Below are positions 1-14,192 of a DNA stretch of 64,000 bases, one piece after another. The DNA lies in contig CAVNZM010000005.1 in assembly GCA_963693365.1 (NCBI GenBank), positions 9,962,334 through 10,026,333 of the forward strand, given 5' to 3'. Every line of letters starts with the position of its first letter. Position 1 is the stretch's first letter. The DNA is from Amoebidium appalachense. Its lineage: Eukaryota > Protista > Ichthyosporea. The notes beneath the pieces were generated by a model. The model did not search any database. It was not told the DNA's origin and was given only the letters and a program-made list of their open reading frames with translations. A program made the translations under genes and the position numbers.

Positions 1-30
1 CGTGCGTGTGTGTGCGTGCGTGTGTGTGCA

Positions 31-63
<33 letters not shown>

Positions 64-1276
64 GCGTGTGCGGGTGTGTGTGTGTGTGTGTGTGCATGTG
101 TGTGCGCACGTGGATGCATGTGTGCACGCCCGTGCGTGCAAGTCGTGTGTTTGTGCCTGTTTCATAGTGTGATTTTAGGAGGAAAGTAAGGGGTGGGGCA
201 GACTCGGTGGTCAAAAATGGCACATTTTTCACACGTATAATCGTGTTCATTCTTTAGGTCCCGGTAACAGTACTTCTAAGTGTCCAAAAATGCCACCCAA
301 GTTTTAGCACAGGATTTGCAGAGAGTTTAACTTAATTATAGAAGGAGGTCTAAACTACTAGCAGTCACTTCTTATGATCAAATTGAATTGGTTGGTCAGG
401 CTAGGTATACACACATGCACCATCCCAGATCAAAGCATTTCAATGGAGAGACACTGGGATTAACTCACTACAGCTCTTAAAAGTTCACTAAAAGCCAACG
501 GTTACCCCCCCCCCCCCCCCCCCCCCCCCATCCCCCCCTTTTGTTCCCTCATCGGGGGAGGGATTCTCCCCCTACCCCCGGGAATGGAAGCCTGAATTGT
601 AGAAACAACGCTTCGCACACCATTGCTAATAAGAAATGAAAACTTGGCAGAGAAGTATTGAAAATCCTGAGTAGCATACTAAATAGCTGCAAATACAGGG
701 ACAGGAATATCAAAATATCCTATTGTCACGTGCACGTGTGTTTGCAAAAGTCTGAGAATGTGATGTGAATAACTGTTGCTAAGCCTTCGGTATCATAAAT
801 GCCTCAAGTCCGATGTATCCCTGCAAGTTCACGTGCCACTACCCAGCACTGTAAAAGACCGCGCTACCATATACTGCCATAACCCCCCTCCCCCCTCCCC
901 TCCAGTCTCCCCCTCCCCCCCCCACACCCCTTCCCCCTCTTCGGAAAAAAACTTTAAACAAAACCTCTCATCGACAAAGACACACACACACACAATATCC
1001 ATGTTGGTAACCGTTTTCAAACTAACAGCACGGTTACTAACAGCACGGTTACATACGTGCAAAATACGGCCAGAAGAGATTATTCTACCTATCGGGTTAT
1101 CCTACGCACCGCACAAACATACTCTTTCTCACCCACCATCACTTATCTCCCCGACCACCCCCTCCTCCTCCCCCCCCCCCCCCCCCCCTCTCCGACCTAC
1201 CCTTCCCTCTCTCTCTCTCTCTCTTTCTCTCTCTCTATCCCCCCCCCCTCCCCCCCCCCCCCCCCCCTCCCTGCTA

Positions 1277-1727
1277 TCATTCAATACCGTGCCGTGACTT
1301 CTCGTGCTTCTTCATGTTGGATTTGTCAGCGAATTTTCTTCCACACTCACTGCACTCAAACGGTTTCTCCCCCGTGTGCACGAGCACGTGCTTTGTCAGC
1401 GACACGGACGTGCTGAAAGAAGCATCACACCCGGCATAGACGCACTTATACGGCCTCTCTCCTGTATGCCCCCGCATGTGGATTTTAAGCGAGTAATTGC
1501 GCTGGAAATCCGCACCGCACCCCTTGAAGGTGCACTTGTACTGGCGCTCGCCCGAGTGGATGCGCAAGTGGGACTTGAGGTTTGCGTGGTTGCTGAAGCG
1601 GACGTTGCACCCGCGCACGGTGCAGCGGACAGGCTTTTCGGTCTTTTCACCTGCACGGGGTGGGGAGCGGGGTGGGGATGTTACTCAAATATTTTTCTAA
1701 ACCTGAGGCCTGGATGTGTATATTTTC

Positions 1728-1762
<35 letters not shown>

Positions 1763-1909
1763 TTTTTTGTGTGTGTGTGTGGGGGGGGGGGGGGGGGGGG
1801 GGGGTGCTTTCAAGATAGTGCACATGTATGGCAAGACTTTGAGAATCGGTATTTTTTTCTTGATCTTGTTTTTTCCAAAGGCGGCAGGGGTTGGGAAGCT
1901 GGGGGGTGA

Positions 1910-1947
<38 letters not shown>

Positions 1948-4005
1948 CTAGCCGTGTGTCATAGGCAGAGAGAAGAAAGACGTACCTTTGACTCAAGCAA
2001 TTGTATCTAGTTCAGGAGTAGGGAATGAGAAACGATGAGAAACTTACCATAGAAGGGGGTGAAAGGAGAGGAAGCGGAAAGGGGAGGGGGCGCCGGGGGA
2101 GTGGGGAGGGGGAGGGGTTAGTCTGCACATACCCGTGTGGTCTCTCATGTGGATGGTCAGCTGCCCCTGTTGGCGGAATGCCGCACTGCAACCATCAACC
2201 TCACAACGGAAGGGTTTGCTGGCCCAGAGAGGATCCTCCCTCTGCCCCTCCACCTTACGCACACGTGTTTTCAGGCGCAAAACGAGCTTAGACTTGGACT
2301 TGGACTTCGATTTCTTGGCTGGGGCAGTCTTCCGCCTCTTGCGCGAGGTTGGTTCATATTCGGAGTCCGAGTCGGGTTCGGTGAACGATTCTCGCTCCGT
2401 TTCCGAAAACGTGGTTGGCTCGGTTGGCTCGCTTTTCAGGTTTGCCGCGCGTTTGCTTGAATGGAGCGTGTTTGTGTTTTGGGCGATGCGTGGTGCTGTT
2501 ACAGGCTTTGCAAGACCGATTTCTTTCTTGATAATGACATTGCTATTGACTGAAAGAAGACGGAGGGGACGGCGGGTGCTGCTACCATTAGGTGTGATGC
2601 CGGGGGTGCTCGAGTATGCACGGGAGGAGGAGGAGGAAAAAGAGCGCTCGCTGCTTGACATCATAAAAGAGGGACATTTGAGAGTGATGTCTTCCTCTTC
2701 CGTGGTGTCACCACCCTCCCCATCCGTGCACGTGTCCGTGTCCTTTTCGTTCTCGTTTTCATAGTTACCGTCGGTTCCGTTTTCGTTTTCGTTGGTGTCG
2801 GTGATGTTCAACGTGTCTGCTCGTGCGAGATTTGCGGCGTATACCAGCGCTTCAAGCGAACTTGCTCTGTTCGGGGGCAGGGGGGGCCGGTCGTTTTCAA
2901 CTTTGACGAAAACCTGTCCCGCTGTGTGTGTGGTAGTGGGTGCATTGTCGTTCACGGTAAGGTTCAACTGCTCGAAACATACATGTTCACGTGGGGCGGT
3001 GGCGAGAGAGCTGAGAATTTGCGCTGCGTGTGCACCCGCATCATCACTGTCTGATTGGGCGAAATCATTCTCTGTTGGGGAGACGGGAACTTGTCCATCC
3101 TGTGACTGGGTGATGGTGAGGGGAAGGGTGGCGTAAAATGTGGAGACAAACGATGGGGGAAGCACGGCTGTAGACGGAAACGAGGGGCGGGTATAAGGGT
3201 TGAACGGTGCTTGGTGGTAGAAGTTTTGACCATTGGGGAATGTGTTTGGGGTGTTGGTGGTGTCGGCGTAAGGGGCGAAGAAACGGTTGTAGGAAACGTC
3301 GTAGGGTGATCTCTGGAGGTGGGCGACAGACTGCACCGTAGGAAAAAACTGTGGAGGTGCGGGAACGGAGAGGTCACTCGGCACGACGTTGTCTTCCGGG
3401 GAGTTGAGGTGTGCTTGGGTGGTCGTTTCGGGGGGACTCACGGGAAGAGAGTGGTCTGGAATAGTCGTTTCGGATGCGCTATAGTTTTCGTTTTTTGTGT
3501 CAGGAACCGGTGGTTTTTCTTGGTGAGAGTCCGAAACTGGCGTTGGTGTTACGTCGGGCGGGGATGGTGCTAGTCCTGTGGTGCGTGCTGTGGCTGTGTC
3601 TTTGGAGTGGAGCCCTACACGTAGGTTTCCAGAACTTTTCCCCATGCCCTTCGTCATGCCGGTACCAAACTTAATAAACTTGTTCGCTGGGTTTGCCACG
3701 GTGTTGCCAAGTGACTTGTGATTTTTGGCGTTTGCAATGGTAGTAATAAGTGCAGGCGTGGGTTGTGGTGGGGTGGAGGATGGAACTTGACGGTTGGTAG
3801 AGGAGGGGTCGTCGAGAAGAACGTGCTGAGCAGATTTATTACCAAAGGAAGAGTTGGGGAGAGAAGTGTGTTTCTCTAATTTCTCGGGGATGAAGGGAGG
3901 AATGTTTTCCTTGTCCTCTGTGCTCATGCGGATGTCTTGGGTTACCCCGTGGTTGATGGCGTAAAAGGGGCGTGTAGAGGGAACCACACAGGCGGGCTCC
4001 ATCAT
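1277..4005 (-). CDS. C2H2 zinc-finger transcription factor (5 C-terminal fingers), 2 coding exons: 4005-2133 and 1650-1277
   Basis: The long ORF 2044-4041 (first ATG at 4005) is S/T/P-rich and ends in finger CEVDGC..HMRDH. A GTATGT donor at 2132 and a TGCAG acceptor at 1651 join it in frame to four more fingers with HSGERQY/HTGERPY/HTGEKPF linkers. Stop at 1277. Confidence 0.9.
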
Positions 4006-5349
4006 TGCAGGTGGATTCGTTATTGAGTCAAGCAGGTGCAAAACGAAAAAGGAAAAAAATGACGGCGTTGAATGCAGTTGAATGCTCTGTTTCTGGTAAA
4101 AGAAGTGCGCAGAATAAACAGAGAGAAATTAAGCTAAGAAAGGTGAAGAAAAGTGTGAAACTGGGGCGGATTAGTTCATACCGCACACAGTACACCTCTA
4201 CCAGAAAAAATCTTCTTGGTTCGAAGCGAGGCCTTTTTGGAAACTATAGCAGTCTTCTTGACCTCCCTAGCCTGCCTCTCAGATGTGGTTACCATGTTAT
4301 GCTATTAGATACTATAACATGTTTTTTTTCTTGTTTTTTTTTTTTTCAATAAGTAAGAGAGGCAAAACGAAAACGAGAAAGGAAAAAAAAAAAAGAACGA
4401 AGATAGATTTAGCGTGAAAAGTGAGAAGAAAGGGCACAACCACGAAATGAAGGAGAATGGCGACATCTTTCGGTTTTTACCCTGGGGTCGTCGCTGAGCC
4501 TTCGTATCATTGGCTAGCTTTTTAGCCAATCATGTTGCGAATAGCTTACCATGGCCATATATGGAAAGTGATTTTGAAAGATAAGACTGATGGCGCGCTG
4601 ATAACAGCTGATAACTCGGCTCACATCATCATGAATGCCACTCCAGAAGAAATGTTTCCTAGGCTGTAGGCCTTGCCGCCAAGTTGCCAACCGTACACTC
4701 TTACCCTGTTCACGATGAACTCGGCTCAAGGTTCGCATTGGAGCGACATGCCCAGAAAATACAACTACAAGAGTTCATGGGAGAGCTACACGCGGGAATG
4801 TGGTGAACTCAGGAAGGGTTTGGGTAGCCTGGGTGGGGGGTGGCGGTGGTGCCACGGAGATCCACGATGTGGGTGGGATATCACAGTGGGATCCGGAGGG
4901 GAGGGGAGGGGAGGGGAAAGAGGAAGGGGGGCGGGGGGAGGGGGGGGGGGGGGGGAGGGGGAGAGGACGAGGAGGTGATGGGTGAGGGTAGAAGACACTA
5001 AAAGCTGGTGGCACGGTGTGGGATATCCGAAAGGGGGATCATCTGGGGGAGGTCCGGAAGGGGAGAGGATGCACGAGAACAGAGCTGTGACGGATTACAG
5101 ATTCCAATCTATGCATGTGGCGTGCACAGTGGTCGCCGCCGGTGCCGGGATGGCGAGTGTGTACGTTATCGTGTGTGCGTGTAGTGCATGTGTGCGTGTA
5201 CGGTATGTGCATGTGTTAATAATTAGTGTGTGTGTGTGTGTGCGTGTGTGTGTGAGTGTGTGCGCCTGCGCCTGCGCACGGGGCAAAGTGCGCTTTGTGT
5301 TTATGCGCATGTGCGTGTGTACGCCTGTCACACACACACACAAACACAC

Positions 5350-5401
<52 letters not shown>

Positions 5402-5423
5402 GGGGGGGGGGGAGGGAGGGAGG

Positions 5424-5465
<42 letters not shown>

Positions 5466-5490
5466 AGACTCTGCAGGCGAGAGAGGGAGG

Positions 5491-5583
<93 letters not shown>

Positions 5584-5730
5584 CGTGTGTCACCTGGTAC
5601 GGGTGTAACATTTTCACATAGTCGATGATCATAATTGTGAGTTAGTGTGTATCGGTGTAAACCTATAGCTGAAGGTTTTTCCCCCCTGTCTCCCGCTTTC
5701 TATCCCCAGGCTCTCCTCGCTCTGTCTTCA

Positions 5731-5766
<36 letters not shown>

Positions 5767-6568
5767 CTCCCCTCCCTCCCCCCTCCCCCCCCTCCCTCGC
5801 TCTCTTTTATTTCTTTTTTCTATTGAGGGGGGGGGGGGGGGGGGGGGGGGAGAAGGGGGGGGTGGATGACCCAACAAACCGCCTGGCTAGGGGTAGAATG
5901 GCATTGTGTGAATTACTGCAACAACATGACTGGGTGTATGGATGTTTGTGCACTCGTGTGCCGTGAGTAACATAACCGAACGAGTTGATAAGTAACCAAA
6001 TGCAAAGGTGTGTGTGTGTGGCGTGCGTACGTGTGTGTGTGTGCACGCGTGTGTATGCGCCCGCCCATCATCATGTCCCGGAGGGCGGGGGAGCGGGGGG
6101 GGGGGGGGGGGGGGGGGGGGGGGAGCGGGAGGGGGCTCCTCTTGTGGAAATTTGAAGATGTTTTGCTTCGGGCCATGTCGTTGAAGCCGCTCTTTCTTTA
6201 TATTGACAAGGAACTCGTTACAAACAGCCCAGAGAAGCGAAACTCTTGAGTACAAACATGCTTATCTGCCTAATACTAATCTCTGTGCACAGGGTTAAAC
6301 TAATATCACAGATGTTTTTAGACTCGAACCTCCCCACCTCCCCAACTCCCCTCCCTTACTTCCTCAAGAAAATTCTCGTACCTGGGACTTCAATCTCATG
6401 CAAGAACAAACACCAATAACAACCCCCCCCCCCCCCCCTGGCCGCTCTAATCATCCCCCTCCCGTCCCCCTCACAACACTAAAAACCAAAAACAAAAAGA
6501 ACAGAAAAGAAAACGACACACAGATATACAGACACAACACTAAGGATAAACGAGAGTAACAAATCTAC

Positions 6569-6711
6569 CTGTACTTTGTCTCCATTTCTTGCATACGCCT
6601 GTCTCTTTGTGACTGCTGCCTCTCTATTAGAAAGAATGTTGTTCTCCACACAACAATAGCAGCCAAAAACGCTGCCACGGGCACGCGCAACTTCCTTGGG
6701 TCTATTTCCAT
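6569..6711 (-). CDS. Possible first exon of a small single-TM protein (MEIDPRKLRVPVAAFLAAIVVWRTTFFLIERQQSQRDRRMQEMETKY..)
   Basis: ATG at 6711, 47 open codons with a hydrophobic segment and charged tail, then an AG|GTAGAT donor. A candidate second exon lies near 6267-6216. No family recognised. Confidence 0.3.
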
Positions 6712-7013
6712 TTCAACTTCAGGTGTTGTTCTTAGCTAATTAAACTGGCCACAAATTTAGCGATTTTTTTCGAAATATCTTCTGAAAGCAACTACCACAA
6801 CGACGTGTTATGGAGTTAAGAACCGCCCTGGATTGACTCTCCGTTTGCAAATTGTTGTAAATTTGTCGTGCTTGACAACTCAGTCAGATAACAAGTCCAC
6901 CCTCGAACTTTCCAGAACCTACGAGTAACTGTGGAGTCTGCATATGGCATTCACGTCAGGCTATTTAATTGCGATATCACGTATGCTGTACCAGGTAACC
7001 AAACCTCCCTCCC

Positions 7014-7048
<35 letters not shown>

Positions 7049-7409
7049 ACCCACCCACCCACACACACACACACAAAAAATACCACCACACCATCCTCAC
7101 CTCCATTTTCTCCATCCAACAACCTTTCGAATAGAGAAGTCGCAATAGGGACTTGAAAATGGGAAACAGCAGGAACAAGGCCGGTGTAAAAGGCAGAGGC
7201 AGGGGCAAGTTGGTACTAGTGCAAAAAAAGAACACTCAAGCTCCACAAGAGAGGAAGACAGGAACAAAACCATCCTTTCCTCTCTTTCTCCCTCTGACTC
7301 CCCCCCTCCCCTCCCCTCCCCCACCCTCCCCCTCCCCACCTCTTCCCCCAAACTTTCCCGGTCTCCATTCACGCCCCCTTCCCCCTGCCCCTCCCCTCCC
7401 CATTATTGT

Positions 7410-7441
<32 letters not shown>

Positions 7442-7471
7442 CCCCCCCCCCCCTCCCCCTTACTCCCCCCC

Positions 7472-7502
<31 letters not shown>

Positions 7503-7512
7503 CCCCTCTCAC

Positions 7513-7545
<33 letters not shown>

Positions 7546-8804
7546 ATGTGCGTGTATCTATGTGCCTCATTCCTACCCAACTCCTTCCGCCACCCTTCCT
7601 TCTGCACAGAATTATGAAGCGTGTGTTGTTCGTATGTGGACGAGAAGCATGAGGGAAAGGGGGGGGGGACGGGGGGGGGGGGGGGGGGGGGGAGGGGGGG
7701 GGGGGTGATCTTTGAATCGATGCTCATGGTCCAGGGCGTGCATGGGTCTGTTGTATATACCCAATGTGGGAGTACACACGAGGATCAGGGAGAGAAAGGG
7801 TGCACAAACCTGTAAGGTGTACAGCTTTCCGACGTAAAACATAGGGTCAGCAAGTGTTTTGTTGTGTCCTCACCCTCACCAACCCCTTGTGTGGTGTTGG
7901 GTAGCCTAACGCCTGTAGAAGTTCTACCTTGTAGCTATAGAATTCGTGTAGCTCCTGGTCAAGCGGTGGAACCGTGTTATATTTATTTTAGATGAGTTGT
8001 TTAGAGCGCCGATGCCTGTGAAGGTAGAGTGACCTTTATCCTGGGTATATCTCTACCACCTACTGAGGTGGTGCCTTATTTCCTTCCTACCTCAGCAGAA
8101 ATGTCTCACTAGTAATGACAAAGCTTATCTGTGGACGCAGAGTGACTGCTGCGAAGTATTCAGAGTGACTGCTGCGAAGAAGGAAGGCTGCGAAGAAAAA
8201 AGACTGCGGGGAGAAGATGGCTGCAGCTGCGAAGAAGGAAGGAAAAATCGGCCGACTTAGCTCAAAGATGGCGGTGTCAGTACGTGTCAGGGTATGTATG
8301 ATATATATAGGCCTATCTCAGTTTACAAAAGGGCTGAACAAGCATTCGAACAACCATGACAAGACAGAAGACAAAAATAGACCGCTCACAGGGGTTTGCT
8401 ACCTATTTATAGACAAATAAGTCGAATAAATCTTGGCCCCCTGCATTATAAAACGAACTTCTTGATCTGATCAGCTGAGACTGGAAACGATCGAGAGAAC
8501 TTTACATATTTCCTAGCATTTAGCGCTGTTTTTTGTGGTGACATGTGCCCTGGTATCAGTGTAGGGTTTTCAGGAACCTACCCTTAGTTGTGAGAGTATA
8601 GAGTCTGCTTCTCCTTCCCCCCTCCCCCCCCCCCCCCCCCCCCTCCCTCCCCTCTCCTCTCCGCCCCCTCTCCTACCCGCCTCTGCAATGGAGGCAGCAC
8701 ACGGTAACGCTCTACATTAAAATAGTGTCTGCTGCACTCTTTTCTATGCGGCATCTTTTCAAAAGCAGTGCCAGATGGAACCAGGGTGATAACTCCACGG
8801 GGCC

Positions 8805-9900
8805 ATGTCCAACGAAGAGCAGACAGAAGAGCACACTGTAGCTTTTCAGGCTGCCCCTGAACACGGTTTGTCTTTCCTTCTCCCTAAATTTCTTTCTCCC
8901 TCTCTTCTGCCCCCCTCCCTTCCTCCTTCGATATTTCACCCTCCCCCTTCCTGCCCCTCCACCCCCCCCCCCCCCCGCCCCCCAACACACACACACACAC
9001 CTCACTACACCCACCCCACCCCACCCCATCCCCCTACCCTCTCTGTCCCCAAATAAACACCCCTGTCCTCCCCTTGCTCCCCCCCCCCCCCCCCCCCCTC
9101 CCCCCTTCCCGATGGCTACATAATTTTGTAAGTTCCTTTTTTCTTGTTCTTTTGTGCCTGACTGCATTCTTCGTAATGTTCTTGAACTTGGTACTGAGCA
9201 CACCTTTCCGTCACCCCCCTTCCCCCCTTTTCTTTTCATTCCATCCCTCGTACCCCTTCCCCTCCAACACCAGCTTTACTTCCCCCCTCTCCCCCCCCTC
9301 CCCCACCAACCCACCCGGGTTTCCAGAGTTAGCCATATTCCTCACCATGACTTCCTTTTACGGAATTTATGAACTCTCACTGCCTGTACTATCATTTCAA
9401 CACTAGAGCTTTCTCCAGTTCATGTTCCTGGATTTATTGGGTAGTTTTGAGCTTTCTGTGTTCGTGTTCCTCTCTTTGTCTCGTCATTACACTCTAACTG
9501 GGATAATTCCAACAGAGCTCGAGCTATCTCTCCTATACGTCAGCTATGTCAACCTCATACGAAAAGGACCCTACCGGGGTCCTAAAACCGTTCAATCGCT
9601 CAAGAAATGGTGCTTGGATCTGTACCGATTACAGGAGGACAGCAGCATGCACCAGGAAACATACGTCTTGTACATTCAAGACACACACAGAACGTCACTT
9701 TCGTATGAACTCGAGGATATGGAGGATTTACAAGAGGGGTCTGTGGTTGAGATTAGGCAGCCATACGCAGAGGAGCAGGCAGAGAGACGACTACAGGATC
9801 AACTCGATTTGTTGGAAGGTGTTTTTTACCCCCCCCCCCCCCCCGGGGCGCCCCCCGCTCCCTGCCCCCCTCTCTCTACCAACCCGGTCCCCTCCCCCAC

Positions 9901-9960
<60 letters not shown>

Positions 9961-10098
9961 TTCCCTCCGGCTCCCCCTCACACCTCTCCATGGGGGCCTT
10001 TTGCCACCGTTGACTGCTTGTATGTGGCTTTGTGTGTGTGTGTGTGTGTGTGTGTGTCTATGTGTGTGTCTCTCTCTCTGTGTGTGAGTGTGTGTGTG

Positions 10099-10146
<48 letters not shown>

Positions 10147-10780
10147 GTTTGGGGAATGAGAGATCTGAGAGCCGAGGGAAAGGGGAGGGTTATAAGGGTC
10201 TTGATAAGATGTTTTGATTTCGACATGATGCTTGTCTTCCCCCCTCCCCCCCCCCCCCCCCCCTCCCATTCCCCAACCCCCACCCCGTCCTGGTGCCCAC
10301 AAATCCCACCCCCATCCCCCCCACCACTCTTCTTCCCCGTTTCCTCTTCTGATTACCCCCTCCCCGTCCCCCTCCCCCTCCCCCCTCCGTGTAGGGCTTT
10401 CCCCCTCCTTCCACCCCCTTCTCCTCTCACTCACTTTCCTAACAGTCACTATGCTTACCCACAGAACGAGTGGAATGCCTCATGGATGCACTTGTAACCA
10501 ACCATGCCCTTACTGACGATATTCTGGAAACCATTTCTGTGGATAGCGCCATAAGGGGTCCCTCCGAGCTGGGTGTGGTGTTGACGGATGATAGGGACGA
10601 CCAGGTCTCAGTTTCGGGTCGCAGGAGGCGAAGTTTGGGGCGGACGCTATCTGCAAGCAGGTAATCTGGGATGATAAAATATCTTAAATATTACAGTATA
10701 TCGTGTGGCCGTACGACAATGATACACGCACACACATGCGCGCGCAAACACACACACGCACACGCACACGCACACGCGCG

Positions 10781-10843
<63 letters not shown>

Positions 10844-11189
10844 GGTCACACACACACACATACACACGCACACACACACATTCAGGTTGGCTTGTTAGTA
10901 TCCATGCTGAAATTGTTTGGAGGTTGGTATATGTGGAAGTTACAAAGTTCCCGGGATGGGGGGGGGGGGGGGGGGGGGGGGGAGGGGAGGGAGGGAGGGA
11001 CCCCACACACCTTTTACTCTTTTTTGGTTCTAGTTGATACCCTGCTTATTTTTTTTTTCGGTTGTGGCCCCTACTGTCTCCTTGTCTCCTTTGTCCCCCC
11101 CCCCCCCCCCCCCCCCCCGGGCAAAGCACCTCCAGTGATGCATCTTCACACGTGCTTCGATCACTTCCTTCCCTCCTTCCCTCCCAAAC

Positions 11190-11220
<31 letters not shown>

Positions 11221-11660
11221 AAAAAATACGCGGAGGGAATCCCGGCGCGGGGGGGGGGGGGGGGGGGGGGGGCTTTCGGGTGCTAGATTTGGACAGCTGT
11301 CCTCGTCATGTGATTTTTTGCAGCTGATTTGACAATACCTCGTTTAAACTGTAAGCCTCCCTTCTGGGCATCTTTAATTTTTTTTTTGCGTGTGTGTGTG
11401 TGTGTGTGTGTGTTTTGGGGGGGGGGGGGGGGGGTAGTTGCCTTTTTCCTGATGGCAAAAACAACAATTCTACCCTTCCTTTTCCTCGCGCGCAATTTTC
11501 CAACCACCATGCAGTCTTGTGCGTTTGTGGTCTCTGCGTCGGCGCCACTACATGGACCACCTGTCGGGTGATATTGGCCGTTTGCGCAAAAACTGGAAAG
11601 ATCTGCGCTATGATACGATCAGAGACCTGGCTGAGTGGGGTACGGATGCACCCCCCCCCC

Positions 11661-11692
<32 letters not shown>

Positions 11693-12029
11693 TTTCCCCC
11701 CTTTTTCTTTGGTCAAAAGTGTTCTATTTCCTTCTTCTCCGGGGGATGAGGGGAGGGTAGGAAGGAGAGGGGGGGGGGGGGGAGATAGGGGGAGGCGGGG
11801 GGAGGGGGGTGGGGATGAGGGGAAAGGGAGAGGATTTTAAACGACGGTAGGGTTGGAGGGACGAGGGGAGGGGGGAAGGAGGGTGGGTCCACGGGCGGAG
11901 AGACCCAAGGCGAGGAGGAAAAGGTCTGTGGGGCATTGTTGGTGAGGGGGAAGGAGGGGGGGGAGTCTTAGGATATGGCAGTTATGGGGAGGATTCAAAG
12001 GGTGGTGGTGTGGATTGCCCGGGGGGGAA

Positions 12030-12062
<33 letters not shown>

Positions 12063-12538
12063 AGGGGGGGGCGGGGGGTGATCATCGCTGGTGTTTTACT
12101 GTAGATACTGTTTACGATATCTCTTCTCCTCCCCATTTTTTTTCTCTTGGGCTTTTTGTCCAATAAGAGGAGGGGAGGGGAGGGGAGGGGGGCAGGCATA
12201 AAGGTGTGAGCAGAAAACTGAGTTGGATGGCGTCATGCCTCTCTGTTTCTTCTTGACCGGCACGTACTATTCAGCTACACCCATTCCATTGTGCCGCATC
12301 TATCAAAGCAATAAAATAGTCTAAGAGGCAGTGTAGCCATATTTGGCAATGATGGCTGCTTGCTGATTGGCTGTGGCTTTGGACAGAGAGATCCCTCCAT
12401 CAGGCCACCCGTGATATTACCACCTTTATATGCAGCGTGGATGCACGTATGTCTGCCACCCAAAGGAAACGAATGGAAATGAGCAGAGAGGTGCACCCCC
12501 CCCCCCCCCCCCCCCCCTCCCGGCCACCCTCCCCCACT

Positions 12539-12575
<37 letters not shown>

Positions 12576-12839
12576 CCCTGCCTCCTATTTCGTGATAGTG
12601 TTCACTGCATGACTAACAAGCACTTTTTCCTTTCCCCACTACCTCTTCCCCCTAGAAAAATGTGCATAAGGAGGAGATGCAAGAAAGAATCAATCACGGA
12701 AGGAAGAAGAAAAGAAAGACAGAAAGAAACGGGGGTGGGGGCGGAACGGGAAGAACAGAAAGCCAAGACAGAAAGGAAAGAACAACAAGAGAGATTTTCT
12801 ATTCGAGGGCAATGCATAACCTGTTTTGTCTTGCAACAG

Positions 12840-12887
<48 letters not shown>

Positions 12888-13516
12888 AAAAAAAAAAAGA
12901 CGAAGAAGAAGAAGAATAAGAGATTCTTCTTATTATCATAGAAAGCCGCATGCAACTGCGTGCCTACCTGGTAACCAATCAGCCCTCCTCTTACTATATT
13001 TGGTCACATGCAGCTTCTGTGCATATCTTGTGACCAATGAACTCTTTTTTTACCGTAGATGGTCACATACACTCGCTTGATAGCATATAACCAGCGAGCT
13101 CTCCTCTTACCATAAATGGTCATATGCAGCTGCGTGCATACCATATAACCAGTCATATCTCCTCTTACCATAAATAACCAATCATCTCACCTCTTACCAT
13201 ATATGGTCATATGCAGCTGCGTGCCTACCTTGTTGAGATGGGCCAGCTAGGGCGGTGGCTTGAGGATGTGAGTGTGGCCATCAACGAGCTGACTAGGGAT
13301 GTCGTCATCAGGAGATTACAGCCCCTGGAAGTGGTTCTGGCTCATGGTAATTTACCATAAACCCCCTCTCCTCCTCACCCCCACTCCTCTTTGACCCCCC
13401 CCCCCTCCTCCCCCCCCCCCCCCCCCCCCCCCCCCCGCCCCAATTTTTTTTTTTAATCAGATAACAGCCTCTGGAGGGTGTTTTCGCTCATGGTAACTTA
13501 CCTACCATAAACCCCT

Positions 13517-13548
<32 letters not shown>

Positions 13549-13885
13549 CCCCTCCCCCCCCCTCCCCCCCCCCCCCCCCCCCCCCCCCCCCTGCCCCAAA
13601 GTTTTGTTTTAGACTACAGCCTCTGGAGGGTGTTCTCGGTCATGGTGATTTACAAAAAATGAACCCCTGTCTCCTCATCTCAACCCCAGTCTGCATTCCC
13701 CCCCCCCCTCCCCCCTCCCTCTCCCCCCCTCCCTCCCCCCTCCCCCCTCCCCCCACGCCTCTCCCCCCCAAAAGTCATTATTGAGGGGATACAACCCCTG
13801 AAAGTCTTTACGGCTCGTGGTGGTTTTCCCTAAACATCCCTTTCACCCTTTTTCCGCCCTTCCCCTTTTGGCGTTGAGTCCTCCT

Positions 13886-13933
<48 letters not shown>

Positions 13934-14160
13934 CCTATGATGACTGGCTTGGTTGCAATGTGTCTAGCCTACACATCAATCTTGGCATCTCTAGGAATAT
14001 GGTATGGCTTTTCGTGTACGCACGCGCGCATACACACACACACACACACACACAAATAATTTACCTCTTACCACCCTCCCCTCCGCCCACCATCAACATA
14101 CACACATACACACGCGAAGCACAAAGCATCCACCATCTACTCTCAATCTCTTTTTCCAGC

Positions 14161-14192
<32 letters not shown>

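Noticed and set aside
8130-8240. Short repeats of gactgctgcgaag upstream of the AIP3-like gene (also duplications at 1021, 26125 and 42271)
   Set aside because: Ordinary small local duplications; no evidence of function
12950-13230. CRISPR-like repeat-spacer array (also 17800-17995)
   Set aside because: Units are degenerate along their whole length with no unique spacers; eukaryotic intron with no cas genes
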